DNA of 58,029 bases, taken from the sequence record SRR22947725_3534; one strand, written 5' to 3'. A program made the position numbers and the translations under genes. The notes below the pieces were generated by a model. The model saw nothing but the letters and a program-made list of their open reading frames with translations. It made no database searches and was not told the origin of the DNA. Shown piece by piece: positions 26,459-36,642 of the stretch (position 1 is its first letter; the number at the start of each line of letters is the position of its first letter).

Positions 26459-28819
26459 GGAATTATAATCAGGAAGTTCCTTTTCCTCTTTCGGTTTGTT
26501 AATGGCTCCGAAACCGAAAAATCGTAATATTGGCGTGGAGTATGCTAATCCTATAATAATCAATTGGGACACGATGAAGGCCATAAGATAATCAAATGCC
26601 TTATCCATAAACCCATAGGAGTGAAGCCCAACACCAAGCATATTGGTTCCGAACCAAGACCAGGAGGTGACCACATTTCCAAAAATTGCAATGCAGGCAA
26701 GACCTTTGGTTTTCGCGATCCCAGAAAAGCGGGCATGGAGAAGGAGTGCATTCCAGATTACAATCAATAGGGCACCATTTTCCTTGGCATCCCAACCCCA
26801 AAATCTTCCCCATGACTGATCTGCCCAAATTCCCCCAAGAATAGTTCCCACCAGGCTGAATAGTAGTGAGAAACAGGTGATACCGTAAATCATTGAGTCT
26901 AAAGTTTTTTTCAACTTTTTTTCCGGTTTTTTGAAAACAAAACAACCGAGGTGATAAAAAACGTAAGCAATCCCAAGAAAACCGGCTAGGTAGGTCGTGG
27001 AGTAGCCAATACTTATGCAGACCACATGAGTAGCTAGCCAAAAGTTCGAATCCAGTACTGCGCGCATCATTTCCATCGTGTCACCCGTTGGATTGAGTGA
27101 TGCATCCAAGCTTAGGCTGTGGGCAATTACCAAGCTGCCAAATCCGATCAGGGCACCCATCGCCGAGGCTATTCCCAGTCGGATATATTTTTCAGTAGCC
27201 AGGCAGAGCAGAACGGAAGCCCATCCAATGAAGAGGGCGGAAGAATATAAATTAGTAACCGGGGGGCGACCTTCAATCCACATTCTCGCTACCAATCCAA
27301 AAGTATGACAAAAGAATACTATGATGGTTAAATAATATGCTGCATTACGAAGCGATTTAACCATTGCATAGTCCCCTAGAAGTGCTGCACAAAACCAGGA
27401 GAAGCTGGCAACCAAGAATATCAGACCGTATGCAATTGCGCTTCGGTAAAATGGTTCAAACCCGTTGAAAGTTTTTTCAAAAGAGAGTGTGGATGTGGCT
27501 GAACCTGCACGAAGTGTAATTAATTGATACATTTCAGTGACAAGATTATTGAATTTTTCGAAATGGTTACCCTGATATGCGAGTGCAAGCTCCTCGTATT
27601 GGAGGATAATTGGATCCACTCCTTCTTTTACTTTAATGGCTTCGGCATACTGGACAGCAAAGAGTGCGGAAGGATTGAGCTTTTCATTCTCTTTGATGTA
27701 TTCAACTCTTTCCTTGAGAGAAGTTCTGTCCAAAGAAAGGAGTTCTCTTAAAATAAGGGCAAACTGTCCGGGGTCCATATTTTGTTTTTCCCTTGATTCG
27801 AGAGGTTCTGCCCCAACAAGAGATTCAGTAACTTTCAACCATTTTCCATCACCCTCTGAAATGATGGGTGGTATGGGAAGAAATTCAGTCCATAAATTGG
27901 CTTGGTTATAGCGGTCCACGAAAAATACCACCTTGGCGAACTCTTCACTTCCTAGTTTTACTACCGATGGATTTTGGGACAACTTAGCAGTCAACTCACG
28001 AAACCTTATAAATTCATCACTTACCGCACGGTCCCGTTCAGGATCATACACTAATTCAGTAACTCCTAATTGCTTCAATACCTCGGTACGATCCGGCGTA
28101 GTGGGAGGGGAAAGGGAATGTTTCAACTTTTTATAGATGAGGAGCGACCCATAAAGTTCGATAATGTTTTGTTGAAAGCTGTCCCGAAGTTCGCTTTCTA
28201 CTTCCCCTGCTTTCCTCGCAGAGGAATCGATGTTAGAAAGAAAAGGTTTAAGTTCTTCGTAGGAATAATGTTTTCCATTCGTGCTCAACTTTTGACTAAG
28301 TAACCCCAGGACTTGGTCGTGATCGATAAGAAATGTTTTTAGTTTATCTGCTTTTTCAGGTGCGAAGAGAACCTGAGCAAGCCAATCAACTGCTTGCACT
28401 TCGACCGCGACTACTTCGACACCGTTTTGTGGTATTTTAACTTTTTTTAACTTTTTGTACTCTTTTAAAATGTCTACCTGTTCTTCACTAAGTGAATTTC
28501 CCGATTTTTTCTGTTGAGTTATATTATCTATTTCCTCCGACTCCTTTTTTTCCAGAACTCGAAGTGCAGTTCGTTTATTTCGGAGAACAAGCAGGATATT
28601 TCGAGCTACACTGTCGAGTGGTTTAACCCTTCCGCCACGCAGCACAGGGAGTTGGGAGAAAGAGTCCAGATTAAACGATTCATTGGATTCGATTGTGCTT
28701 TGATCACCGGAGCTTAGAAAGTCAAAGATTGATGCCTTAGTCCAAGTGTTTGGCAAAAAGGAAATATACAAACCTAAGAAAAGGATAACGGAGAAAACAA
28801 TGGTATGGAGTTTGAACAT
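26450..28819 (-). CDS. ccsA: Cytochrome c biogenesis protein CcsA/ResC with a large periplasmic domain
   Basis: WWD motif GGIWADQSWGRFWGWDAKE, NFWLATHV, GLHSYG, GRVKPLDS. Confidence 0.93.
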   Translation of the reverse strand: MFKLHTIVFSVILFLGLYISFLPNTWTKASIFDFLSSGDQSTIESNESFNLDSFSQLPVLRGGRVKPLDSVARNILLVLRNKRTALRVLEKKESEEIDNITQQKKSGNSLSEEQVDILKEYKKLKKVKIPQNGVEVVAVEVQAVDWLAQVLFAPEKADKLKTFLIDHDQVLGLLSQKLSTNGKHYSYEELKPFLSNIDSSARKAGEVESELRDSFQQNIIELYGSLLIYKKLKHSLSPPTTPDRTEVLKQLGVTELVYDPERDRAVSDEFIRFRELTAKLSQNPSVVKLGSEEFAKVVFFVDRYNQANLWTEFLPIPPIISEGDGKWLKVTESLVGAEPLESREKQNMDPGQFALILRELLSLDRTSLKERVEYIKENEKLNPSALFAVQYAEAIKVKEGVDPIILQYEELALAYQGNHFEKFNNLVTEMYQLITLRAGSATSTLSFEKTFNGFEPFYRSAIAYGLIFLVASFSWFCAALLGDYAMVKSLRNAAYYLTIIVFFCHTFGLVARMWIEGRPPVTNLYSSALFIGWASVLLCLATEKYIRLGIASAMGALIGFGSLVIAHSLSLDASLNPTGDTMEMMRAVLDSNFWLATHVVCISIGYSTTYLAGFLGIAYVFYHLGCFVFKKPEKKLKKTLDSMIYGITCFSLLFSLVGTILGGIWADQSWGRFWGWDAKENGALLIVIWNALLLHARFSGIAKTKGLACIAIFGNVVTSWSWFGTNMLGVGLHSYGFMDKAFDYLMAFIVSQLIIIGLAYSTPILRFFGFGAINKPKEEKELPDYNSLD

Positions 28820-28820
28820 A

Positions 28821-30098
28821 TTACGCTTTCGCAGGAGTTTTCGAATTTTTCCTCAGAAATTTAAATAAGTGGAAACTAAATTGCCAAAGCATTCCTATCG
28901 AAACTAATATACAGGCAATGTAAGGAACAAGCCAACTGGGGTTACTGATCACCTGAAAGACAGTGTAGTTAGCAGAATCATTCATTTGGTACTGGTAAAA
29001 GGTCTTTCCTCCATGGCGCAGCGGGGTGTTCATGTAGACTAATGCCCGGCGTGTTTGATTTTCATCGAGGTGTAACTTGATGTCGCTTTCAAAATTAAAA
29101 GGTATTTCGGTACCTTGGTAATTTTCATGCTCAATATCGAGAAGTTCGATTGAAAAAGGAAGATATTCCCGCTTCTGTCGGAGAGTGATTCCCCATAGTT
29201 TTCCATTGTGTCGGATAGATTGAAAGGAAAGGTCAGCGAGCTTGGGCGATATCTGAGACCATACATGACTGCCAGCGGGGTGAGAAATCGTCATCCAATT
29301 CCCGAGGCTTTTTCCTTGGTCAGTGAGTTCAAATACTAAGTATCCAAAATTCATTGCATCGCCACTAAAGTCTTCATCTTTATCGGTAATATTCAAATTG
29401 GCAGATTGCCCAACCCCTCGGTTTACCATTTGTGCAATTTTTGACTTGGGCGTTCCCGGGGCAACAAAGTCAAAATTACAGTTCACTCCAAAATGATGAA
29501 CTTTGAGATCAAAGGGAAGAGATTGATCTTTAAATGTACCGCCTTTTTCCAAAAGATTTTGGGGAATAGTAACCACTCGTTCCTGGTCTGGGTCAGTCAC
29601 ATTGCGCAGGGCAAGTTCAACTCCATGAAATCGCTCGATATAATTACTCCGTTCGCCTTTATTAATGGTCATGCGCGATTCTTCCTGAATTGCCTGAGTC
29701 ACTAATTGACCGACAAGGAGAAGAATAATTCCCAAGTGAATGAGCTGAATCCCAATTTTCTTTCCGGTCCATTGAAAACGAACAATATAGGCGGCGGTCA
29801 GATTAATAATAAGGAGCCCACCCAAAAGATAGCCACCAGGAATTGGTAAAGGCAGACTGTGTAAATATTCTCCACCCCAGAACTTTTCAGGGTAATACCA
29901 AATACCATAAAAAGATTCAAAATATTCAGCAAGGGCTCCTCGAATTCCAATCCTTACCTGTTCGAGAGTAGCCACGAAAATAAGAATCATGGATAAGCTC
30001 AAGAGCGTAATGGTCAGTCGAAGAGATGCAAAAGGAATGAGGAAGCTGAAATTTTTCCTTCGTTGGCTGAGTGAATTTTTTCGTTTTGATTCTTTCAT
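28821..30098 (-). CDS. Cytochrome c biogenesis ResB/CcsB-like protein
   Basis: ASLRLTI, QLIHLGIILLLVG, LPFSIEL, MNTPLRHGGKTFYQ; adjacent to ccsA. Confidence 0.88.
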   Translation of the reverse strand: MKESKRKNSLSQRRKNFSFLIPFASLRLTITLLSLSMILIFVATLEQVRIGIRGALAEYFESFYGIWYYPEKFWGGEYLHSLPLPIPGGYLLGGLLIINLTAAYIVRFQWTGKKIGIQLIHLGIILLLVGQLVTQAIQEESRMTINKGERSNYIERFHGVELALRNVTDPDQERVVTIPQNLLEKGGTFKDQSLPFDLKVHHFGVNCNFDFVAPGTPKSKIAQMVNRGVGQSANLNITDKDEDFSGDAMNFGYLVFELTDQGKSLGNWMTISHPAGSHVWSQISPKLADLSFQSIRHNGKLWGITLRQKREYLPFSIELLDIEHENYQGTEIPFNFESDIKLHLDENQTRRALVYMNTPLRHGGKTFYQYQMNDSANYTVFQVISNPSWLVPYIACILVSIGMLWQFSFHLFKFLRKNSKTPAKA

Positions 30099-30100
30099 TT

Positions 30101-31168
30101 CTATTCAGTCTCCCCTTGTAGTGAGATAGAATTAAGAAAAGAGATAAAGTTACTCTTTTCTTTTTCAGCAAGTGTGCGGTTTCCAATTAATTTGAAAAAC
30201 CACGACTCTTTTTCTAAAAAGAGAGTACCAGCTAGAACTGCTTTTTCTTCTCCGTAGGCTTCGACTAAATGAGCGGAGTTTCCCGCTAGGGTAATGGAGC
30301 TACAGTACTGGTCGAGGGAAGCCTCTTGGATTGGGGCGAGATCAATCTGTCCAATCCATCTGTTCACATTCGCAAGTAATCCACCCACGTCACCGGGGAA
30401 AGAAGTCACTGAAATATCTAGCTGCGTTCCATTGGGACCCGCTACTTTATAACTTCCGATTCTCATCGAAGAGGCCTTGCCTTCACTCCAAGTGGAGGGT
30501 TTTGACCAAGACCAAGGATTTTTGGGTGGTTTGGCTGAGTTGGTATTTCCCGTTTTGGGCAACGGGGCAGGCGATCTGGCAAGGATCGGCTTATTTTTCT
30601 CAGACCGGAGGGAGCAGGATTCAAGAAACTGAATAAAATTTTCCGATTCTTTCAGTACCAATTTTTGATCTGCGATAAAGGGAAAGAGCCATGTGTCTTT
30701 ATCCTGCCTTAACAATGCGAGCAGAGCAGTTCGCGGTGGTGAGGATGCAGTTTCTACTTTGCTATTGAGATACACCCATTCAAAAATTCGATCCCCTATT
30801 TTTTTTTCCTGTAAAAAAGGGGTTAGATTTTCTTGATTAAAAGGGGGGTATCCCATTTCGCGTCCAAACATATTTGCCACATCAACAGTGGATACATTTT
30901 CCCGAAATGGCATAACTCCAATTCGTCCTTGCGGACCGCTTTTCGTTTTTACATGAAAAGAACCTGCCATGGGTCCTGATAAATCAGGGTTTTCTCCCCA
31001 GTTTGGAGGGAGTTTCCAGGATACAATGGGTCCGTCATATTCAGATGGAATGGAGAAGGATTCGATCTTTGGTTCCTCAGAACAAGATAGAATAAATAGG
31101 AGTACAGGAAGAGGGTACAGAAACCGGAAGAGGGTGGAATTAAATTTTTGGATCAAGGTCGAAAGCAT
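30101..31168 (-). CDS. Hypothetical lipoprotein heading the cytochrome c biogenesis operon
   Basis: Lipobox ILSC; two related units (WKLPPNW.../WSKPSTW...GGLLANVNRW...WFFKL); 2 nt from the resB-like gene. An alternative start exists at 31207. Confidence 0.7.
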   Translation of the reverse strand: MLSTLIQKFNSTLFRFLYPLPVLLFILSCSEEPKIESFSIPSEYDGPIVSWKLPPNWGENPDLSGPMAGSFHVKTKSGPQGRIGVMPFRENVSTVDVANMFGREMGYPPFNQENLTPFLQEKKIGDRIFEWVYLNSKVETASSPPRTALLALLRQDKDTWLFPFIADQKLVLKESENFIQFLESCSLRSEKNKPILARSPAPLPKTGNTNSAKPPKNPWSWSKPSTWSEGKASSMRIGSYKVAGPNGTQLDISVTSFPGDVGGLLANVNRWIGQIDLAPIQEASLDQYCSSITLAGNSAHLVEAYGEEKAVLAGTLFLEKESWFFKLIGNRTLAEKEKSNFISFLNSISLQGETE

Positions 31169-31261
31169 AGTAGTTTGATTTTCCTTTTTGAGCAAAGGAG
31201 ATGACACAAGATTATAATTCTATGAAAATAAACTTTCGAGGCAAGCGTGGGGAGCTAAAAA

Positions 31262-32365
31262 TCATGCATTACATTTAAAGAGGGTGACATCCCCATCTGC
31301 AAAAATGTATTCTTTTCCTTCTAGCCTAAGTTTACCCGCCTCTCTTGCCGCTTGCATTGAACCTGCTTCGAGCAATTCATCATAGGAAACCACCTCCGCT
31401 TTGATAAAAGATTTTTCAAAATCAGTGTGAATTACTCCGGCACATTGAGGGGCGGTCATTCCTTTTTTGAATGTCCATGCTCTGGCTTCCTTCTCTCCAG
31501 CGGTTAAGAATGACGCGAGTCCGAGCAAATTGTAGGAGGATTGGATTAATGTGGATACTCCGGAGTCAGAAACTCCAATTGCTTCGAGGTATTCTGCTAC
31601 ATCATCCTCTCCCAATTCGGATAGTTCTTCCTCCATTTTAGCCGAAATCACACAGGAGTCAGCATCCTGTTGTTCGGCCGCCCAATTCCTAAGGTTAGTC
31701 ACATGTACATTCGTGGAAAAGTCTGCTAATTCATCTTCTTTCACATTACAGGCATAGAGCATGGGTTTTGAACTCAGTAGGCAAAAACTGGGAAGTCTTT
31801 TAACTTCATCTTCATCCATTTCTAAAAGGTTGGCAGGTTTTCCCTCGTCTAAATGCGGAATCAACTTCTCTAGTAGAGCGACATTTGCCTCCGCATCCTT
31901 GTCGTTTCCCCGTGCTTTCTTGGCGTTCTTTTGTAATTGGCTTGAAACGGAATCTGCATCCGCTAAAACTAACTCCGTCAATATGACCTCGGCATCATTC
32001 ACTGGGTCGACTCGGCCCATATTATGAATAATATCTTCATCTTCGAAGCAACGGACCACATGAACAATTGCATCGACCTCACGAACATTTGCGAGAAATT
32101 TATTGCCTAAGCCTTCGCCTTTGCTTGCTCCTGCAACGAGACCGGCGATATCAACCATTTCGATTGCGGCAGGTATAATGGTTTGTGTCCCTGCGATTTT
32201 CGCCAGGCGCGTAAGTCGATCATCGGGTACCTGAACTACGCCCACATTTGGATCGATGGTGCAAAAAGGATAATTTGCCGCCTCTGCTTTACGGCTTTTA
32301 GTAAGGGCATTAAAAAGAGTACTCTTGCCTACATTAGGTAGGCCAACAATTCCGGATTGTAACAT
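31262..32365 (-). CDS. ychF: Redox-regulated ATPase YchF
   Basis: GIVGLPNVGKSTLFN, NYPFCTIDPN, DIAGLV, GLGNKFL, IHTDF. Confidence 0.98.
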   Translation of the reverse strand: MLQSGIVGLPNVGKSTLFNALTKSRKAEAANYPFCTIDPNVGVVQVPDDRLTRLAKIAGTQTIIPAAIEMVDIAGLVAGASKGEGLGNKFLANVREVDAIVHVVRCFEDEDIIHNMGRVDPVNDAEVILTELVLADADSVSSQLQKNAKKARGNDKDAEANVALLEKLIPHLDEGKPANLLEMDEDEVKRLPSFCLLSSKPMLYACNVKEDELADFSTNVHVTNLRNWAAEQQDADSCVISAKMEEELSELGEDDVAEYLEAIGVSDSGVSTLIQSSYNLLGLASFLTAGEKEARAWTFKKGMTAPQCAGVIHTDFEKSFIKAEVVSYDELLEAGSMQAAREAGKLRLEGKEYIFADGDVTLFKCNA

Positions 32366-32486
32366 AATATTAAAAAACCACTGATTATGTCTTGAGTTGG
32401 ATGATTGGTCAAGAAAGCTCGGTTGATTATTGTGTGCTTTCTCATTGACGGAATTGTGTACTTCTTTAGTTATAGAGCTCTTATAT

Positions 32487-32564
32487 GGCGATAGTAGCTC
32501 AGTTGGTTAGAGCATCGGCTTGTGGTGCCGAGGGTCGCCGGTTCGAATCCGGTCTGTCGCCCCA
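32487..32564 (+). tRNA. tRNA-His (GUG), including G-1 and encoded CCA
   Basis: Cloverleaf: acceptor GCGATAG/CTGTCGC, D arm GCTC/GAGC, anticodon arm TCGGC-TTGTGGT-GCCGA, T arm GCCGG-TTCGAAT-CCGGT, C73 discriminator, CCA. Confidence 0.97.
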
Positions 32565-32575
32565 TCCCTTTCTTC

Positions 32576-33442
32576 TTGAGGTTATCAACTACATTTTACC
32601 TTTTTATTGTACCGCTTTTTGTAAGTGGAATTTTAAATGCTGTTCCTTCCTTATTTCCCCAAAGCAAGGACACTAAAGAAACCTTAAATCTTCCTTATGG
32701 GAGTGATCCCAGGCAAATTCTTGATGTGGTGAGTTCTGAAAAGTGCCATGATTCTCCGGTGATTATTTTTACTCACGGTGGAAGTTGGCGATGGGGACAA
32801 AAAGACTATCACCGGGAAATTGGTAAACAATTTGCGCGAAAAGGAATCGTGTTCACTACGATTAATTACAGACTTTATCCCGCCGTTCGTTTCCCCGCTT
32901 TTCCAAAAGATGTTGCGTTAGCCGTAAAATGGGTAAGAGAAAATATTGCCCAATTTGGCGGAGACCGAAATAAGATCTTCTTAATGGGTCATTCTGCGGG
33001 TGCACACAGTATAAGTTTAGTTGGCCTTGATTCAAAATACCTCAGTGAATTAGGGGGTAACTTAGATTGGATAAAAGGGGTGATCCCGATGTCCTGTCCT
33101 TTTCAATTTGAACCCTCGAAAGAATTTCTCTACCGGGATCTTTTTCCTTCGGAATTCGATGTTTCTCTGTTCATGCCAATGGGAATTAAAGTCGAGGGAG
33201 AAATCCCCTCTTTTTTCATTATGCACGGCTTTTTTGATCCCATTATTCCGCATGAATTGGCGACTGAATTCGCTGAAAAATTAAGAAGTGCAGGGGGACA
33301 TGCCCAGACTAGGATTTATCATTCTCACGGACATTTTTCTTTGGTGAGACGAACTACTTCCTGGCACATTTGGCCTACTCCTTTACTGACCGATGTGGTT
33401 TCTTTTATTGATTCTGAATCTCCGTCCACCAGGAAGAATTAA
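32576..33442 (+). CDS. Alpha/beta hydrolase (HSL-like esterase/lipase)
   Basis: HGGSW, NYRL, GHSAG, HG..D, GH motifs. Start placed at the TTG after the tRNA because the longer ORF overlaps the tRNA. Confidence 0.88.
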   Translation: MRLSTTFYLFIVPLFVSGILNAVPSLFPQSKDTKETLNLPYGSDPRQILDVVSSEKCHDSPVIIFTHGGSWRWGQKDYHREIGKQFARKGIVFTTINYRLYPAVRFPAFPKDVALAVKWVRENIAQFGGDRNKIFLMGHSAGAHSISLVGLDSKYLSELGGNLDWIKGVIPMSCPFQFEPSKEFLYRDLFPSEFDVSLFMPMGIKVEGEIPSFFIMHGFFDPIIPHELATEFAEKLRSAGGHAQTRIYHSHGHFSLVRRTTSWHIWPTPLLTDVVSFIDSESPSTRKN

Positions 33443-34728
33443 TTTTTGCAGAATTCCAAAAGTTTATCTATCGTTTTCTCTGTAGGTGATCCCTGTTCTT
33501 GCCTCCATTTCAATCCGGCTTTTTTCATTTGAAGTCTCAGTTCTTCATTTTCAATTAGAGAATGAAGGTGTTCCATGACTGACTCAATCGAGTCTCCCTG
33601 TTGAGCGGCTCCGCAAATTACTAATTCTTGGCAAGTTTCTGGAAAATTTGTGCAGGCAGGGCCAATGACCAAAGGAATTCCCATTGAAACCGGTTCGATT
33701 GGGTTTTGTCCTTCATCACGTGGAGGGAGAGTTTTTCCGAGAAAGCCAATATCAGCGCCCTCGATTAAATCAATAAGTTCGCCCGTTGTATCGGCCAGAT
33801 AAACAATGCATTCACTCGTGTTATTCGATGGAAGGGTTCTTTGCCGATAGGTAAAAGAAAAAGCAGATAGCGTGCTTTTTACCTCATTTCTTCTTTCTGC
33901 ATGCCTGGGGATAAGAAGAAGTCGGGCATCAATCTTTGTTTGGCGAATTTCTTGCAATACATCCAAGAGTAGTTTTTCTTCACCCGGCCATGTCGAGATT
34001 CCGGCCAGAACGAGAGAGGAGGCAGGAAACCCGAGTTCTTTTTTCCTCTGGTCTTTCTTCGAGTCAGAGGGTGGGGTGGCAGGAGAAATATCAATTTTTA
34101 GATTTCCCGTGGAAAAAGTGTTATCCTTAGTGACTCCAATTTCCTGCCACCTTTTTTCTTGAGTTACCGAGGCGGCGAGAATTTGTAAGTGCTTTGGAAT
34201 CAATAAATTTTGGAAAATGCCCAACTTACGAAGTCGATTATAAGATCGATCCGACAATCGGCCGTTGATAATGCAAAATGGAATCCCTTTCTTTTTTGCT
34301 TGGTACATATGTTCGGGCCAAAGTTCACTATCCACGCAAATCGCAAGGTCGGGTTTGATTCGAGACCAGGTGAGCCATGAAAAGGGGAACCAATCGAGGG
34401 GGAATGGACCGAAGGCGAGGAGTTCTTTTGAATATTTTTGCTCAGCAATTTTCTGCCCGGTACTAGTTGTACCACTGAGTACAATTTCAAAATTTGAACT
34501 GGAAAGAAAAGAGTGAAGGATTGAGTGGATAGAAGACAGTTCACCCACACTGACTGCTTGAATCCAAATTCTTGTTCGTTTTGAATCTTTGTCCGGTAGC
34601 CGTGGCCAGAAACCGAGGCGGTATTTCAATTTTTTACCATAGCCTCCCCGTTTAATCATCCTCTTTAAATAATAGGGAGAGAGGATCAGAAAAAAAACAG
34701 GATAGATAATACGATAAAGAAAAATCAC
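33439..34728 (-). CDS. waaA: 3-deoxy-D-manno-octulosonic acid (Kdo) transferase
   Basis: IWIQAVSVGE, ELWP, INGRLSDRS, IPRHAER, DTTGEL, GQNPIEP. Confidence 0.95.
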   Translation of the reverse strand: MIFLYRIIYPVFFLILSPYYLKRMIKRGGYGKKLKYRLGFWPRLPDKDSKRTRIWIQAVSVGELSSIHSILHSFLSSSNFEIVLSGTTSTGQKIAEQKYSKELLAFGPFPLDWFPFSWLTWSRIKPDLAICVDSELWPEHMYQAKKKGIPFCIINGRLSDRSYNRLRKLGIFQNLLIPKHLQILAASVTQEKRWQEIGVTKDNTFSTGNLKIDISPATPPSDSKKDQRKKELGFPASSLVLAGISTWPGEEKLLLDVLQEIRQTKIDARLLLIPRHAERRNEVKSTLSAFSFTYRQRTLPSNNTSECIVYLADTTGELIDLIEGADIGFLGKTLPPRDEGQNPIEPVSMGIPLVIGPACTNFPETCQELVICGAAQQGDSIESVMEHLHSLIENEELRLQMKKAGLKWRQEQGSPTEKTIDKLLEFCKN

Positions 34729-34805
34729 TTAAATAAAAAGCAGTTTGGAAAGCTTTTCCATTGCCAAAAGGGCCGTTGATAAGAATAGATGCATTGTAAT
34801 TACTT

Positions 34806-35618
34806 ATGGAGACTATTGATCGAATCGCGAAACTATTTTCAAGTTGCCAAGAAAAAAAGCGTGCTGCTTTTGTGGGTTATGTGTGTGCATGTGATCCCGA
34901 TTTTGATACATCATTATCGGTTTGTAGAGCTTTGATTGAACGAGGAGTTGATATTTTAGAATTAGGAGTTCCCTTTTCTGACCCGCTTGCAGATGGCTTG
35001 ACGAATCAATTAGCCGCACAACGTGCGTTAGAGGCGGGATGTGGTCGAGATGATGTCTTTCGCTTAGTGGAAGAGATTCGAAAGTTTTCAGAAGTACCAA
35101 TTGTTTTTTATACTTATTATAATCTTATTTTTTCGCAGGGCATCGAAGAATATGTTGCACGGTCGCGTGAGGCGGGCGTGGATGGTTTACTGACTTTGGA
35201 CTTACCGCCTGAAGAAGCGAGCGAATTGGTTGCTTCATGCCGTCAGAACGGACTGAAAAATATTTTTATTATTGCTCCTACCACTCCCGAGAATCGTATT
35301 CCTACAATTGTCGAGAGTTCGTCCGGGTTTATTTATTATGTCTCAAGAGCGGGAGTTACCGGCGAGAGAAAAGATTTAGCGGATGATTTAGACATTCGAG
35401 TCACCACTATTAAAAAATACACGGATCTTCCTGTTGTGGTTGGGTTTGGAATTTCGACGCCCGAACAGGTGAGTAAAGTCAGTGCAGTTGCCGATGGGGT
35501 TGTGATTGGAAGTACACTGGTCAACTGCATCTCTGCAAATTTGGGGAATCCAGATTTAATCGTGGAAAAGATTTCTGCCCGTACTGAGTCTTTATCTACG
35601 GGTTTGTCTAAAATGTAA
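34806..35618 (+). CDS. trpA: Tryptophan synthase alpha chain
   Basis: ELGVPFSDPLADG, YYVSRAGVTG, VGFGIS. Confidence 0.98.
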   Translation: METIDRIAKLFSSCQEKKRAAFVGYVCACDPDFDTSLSVCRALIERGVDILELGVPFSDPLADGLTNQLAAQRALEAGCGRDDVFRLVEEIRKFSEVPIVFYTYYNLIFSQGIEEYVARSREAGVDGLLTLDLPPEEASELVASCRQNGLKNIFIIAPTTPENRIPTIVESSSGFIYYVSRAGVTGERKDLADDLDIRVTTIKKYTDLPVVVGFGISTPEQVSKVSAVADGVVIGSTLVNCISANLGNPDLIVEKISARTESLSTGLSKM

Positions 35619-35636
35619 AATTGTCTTCCTTTACCG

Positions 35637-36581
35637 GTGGTGAAATCTGGAACGCCAAACTTATATTTTTTAGCTGGGGTAACTGCTTCAGGAAAGTCTG
35701 CAATGGCGTTAGAATGGGCCGAGAGAAATGAGGCCGAAATTCTTTCTTGTGATTCGGTTGCACTTTACCGAGGAATGGATATCGGTTCAGCGAAACCTAA
35801 TCATGAGGAACAAACGAGAGTCAAGCACCACGGATTGGACTTGGCAAATGTCGATCAACGATATGATGTTTCCCAATATAAAAAGTATGCTGAGGCAATT
35901 ATAGAGGAAGTATACCAGCGAAAAGGGACAGTTTTAGTGGTAGGAGGAAGCGGCTTTTATTTACGGTCTTTTTTTTCCGCCGTAGTGGACGAGGTAAAGG
36001 TAAGCAATGAAATTAAGAATTCCGTGGAAGAATTATATCAGATGGAAGGACTTGATGGATTAATCAAAAAATTAAAAAATCTCAATCCATCTGGACTTGG
36101 TAAACTGGATAATCTCAATCCGGTCCGGGTAATAAAAGCACTGGAGAGATGCATGGCAACTGGATCTACTCTTCTGGAATTAAAGGTAGAATTTGAGAAA
36201 AAACCGACACCCTACTGCAATTTTCAAAAAAAGACATGCTTAGTGGACCGAGGAGACGAAGACATTGAAAACCTGATCAAGCTTCGAACACAATCAATGT
36301 TGGCAAATGGATTAATTGAGGAGGTCGAAGGTTTAATTGATCAAGGATTATTGCATAACTATCCCGCCTCTTCCTCTGTGGGTTATCGTGAAATATTGTC
36401 TTATTTAAGAGGAGAACTTTCTCGGGATGAACTTGGACCCGCCATCGCATTATCAACAAGGCAATTGGTTTCAAAGCAAAGGAAATGGTTTCGCAAATAT
36501 TATCAGGCAGATCAGATTTTAGTTCCAACCGGGGGAGAACCATTAAACTTAGAAGATCTAATTTGGCATTCGGACACTTGA
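35637..36581 (+). CDS. miaA: tRNA dimethylallyltransferase
   Basis: GVTASGKS, DSVALYRGMDIGSAKP, VGGSGFY, KQRKWF. Confidence 0.96.
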   Translation: MVKSGTPNLYFLAGVTASGKSAMALEWAERNEAEILSCDSVALYRGMDIGSAKPNHEEQTRVKHHGLDLANVDQRYDVSQYKKYAEAIIEEVYQRKGTVLVVGGSGFYLRSFFSAVVDEVKVSNEIKNSVEELYQMEGLDGLIKKLKNLNPSGLGKLDNLNPVRVIKALERCMATGSTLLELKVEFEKKPTPYCNFQKKTCLVDRGDEDIENLIKLRTQSMLANGLIEEVEGLIDQGLLHNYPASSSVGYREILSYLRGELSRDELGPAIALSTRQLVSKQRKWFRKYYQADQILVPTGGEPLNLEDLIWHSDT

Positions 36582-36642
36582 CCGATGAGCCAACTTTTGG
36601 CTAGATTATAAATAGAATATCAAACGAACCCAATCTACTGAA

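Noticed and set aside
32485-32676. 63-aa ORF and the 5' extension (32522) of the esterase ORF
   Set aside because: Both read through the tRNA-His gene.
32540-33442. tRNA-His as an integration site for an island
   Set aside because: No integrase and no duplicated tRNA 3' end noticed; waaA follows after a single gene.
34806-35618. trpA without an adjacent trpB
   Set aside because: Dispersed trp genes are common and this cannot be judged from one window.
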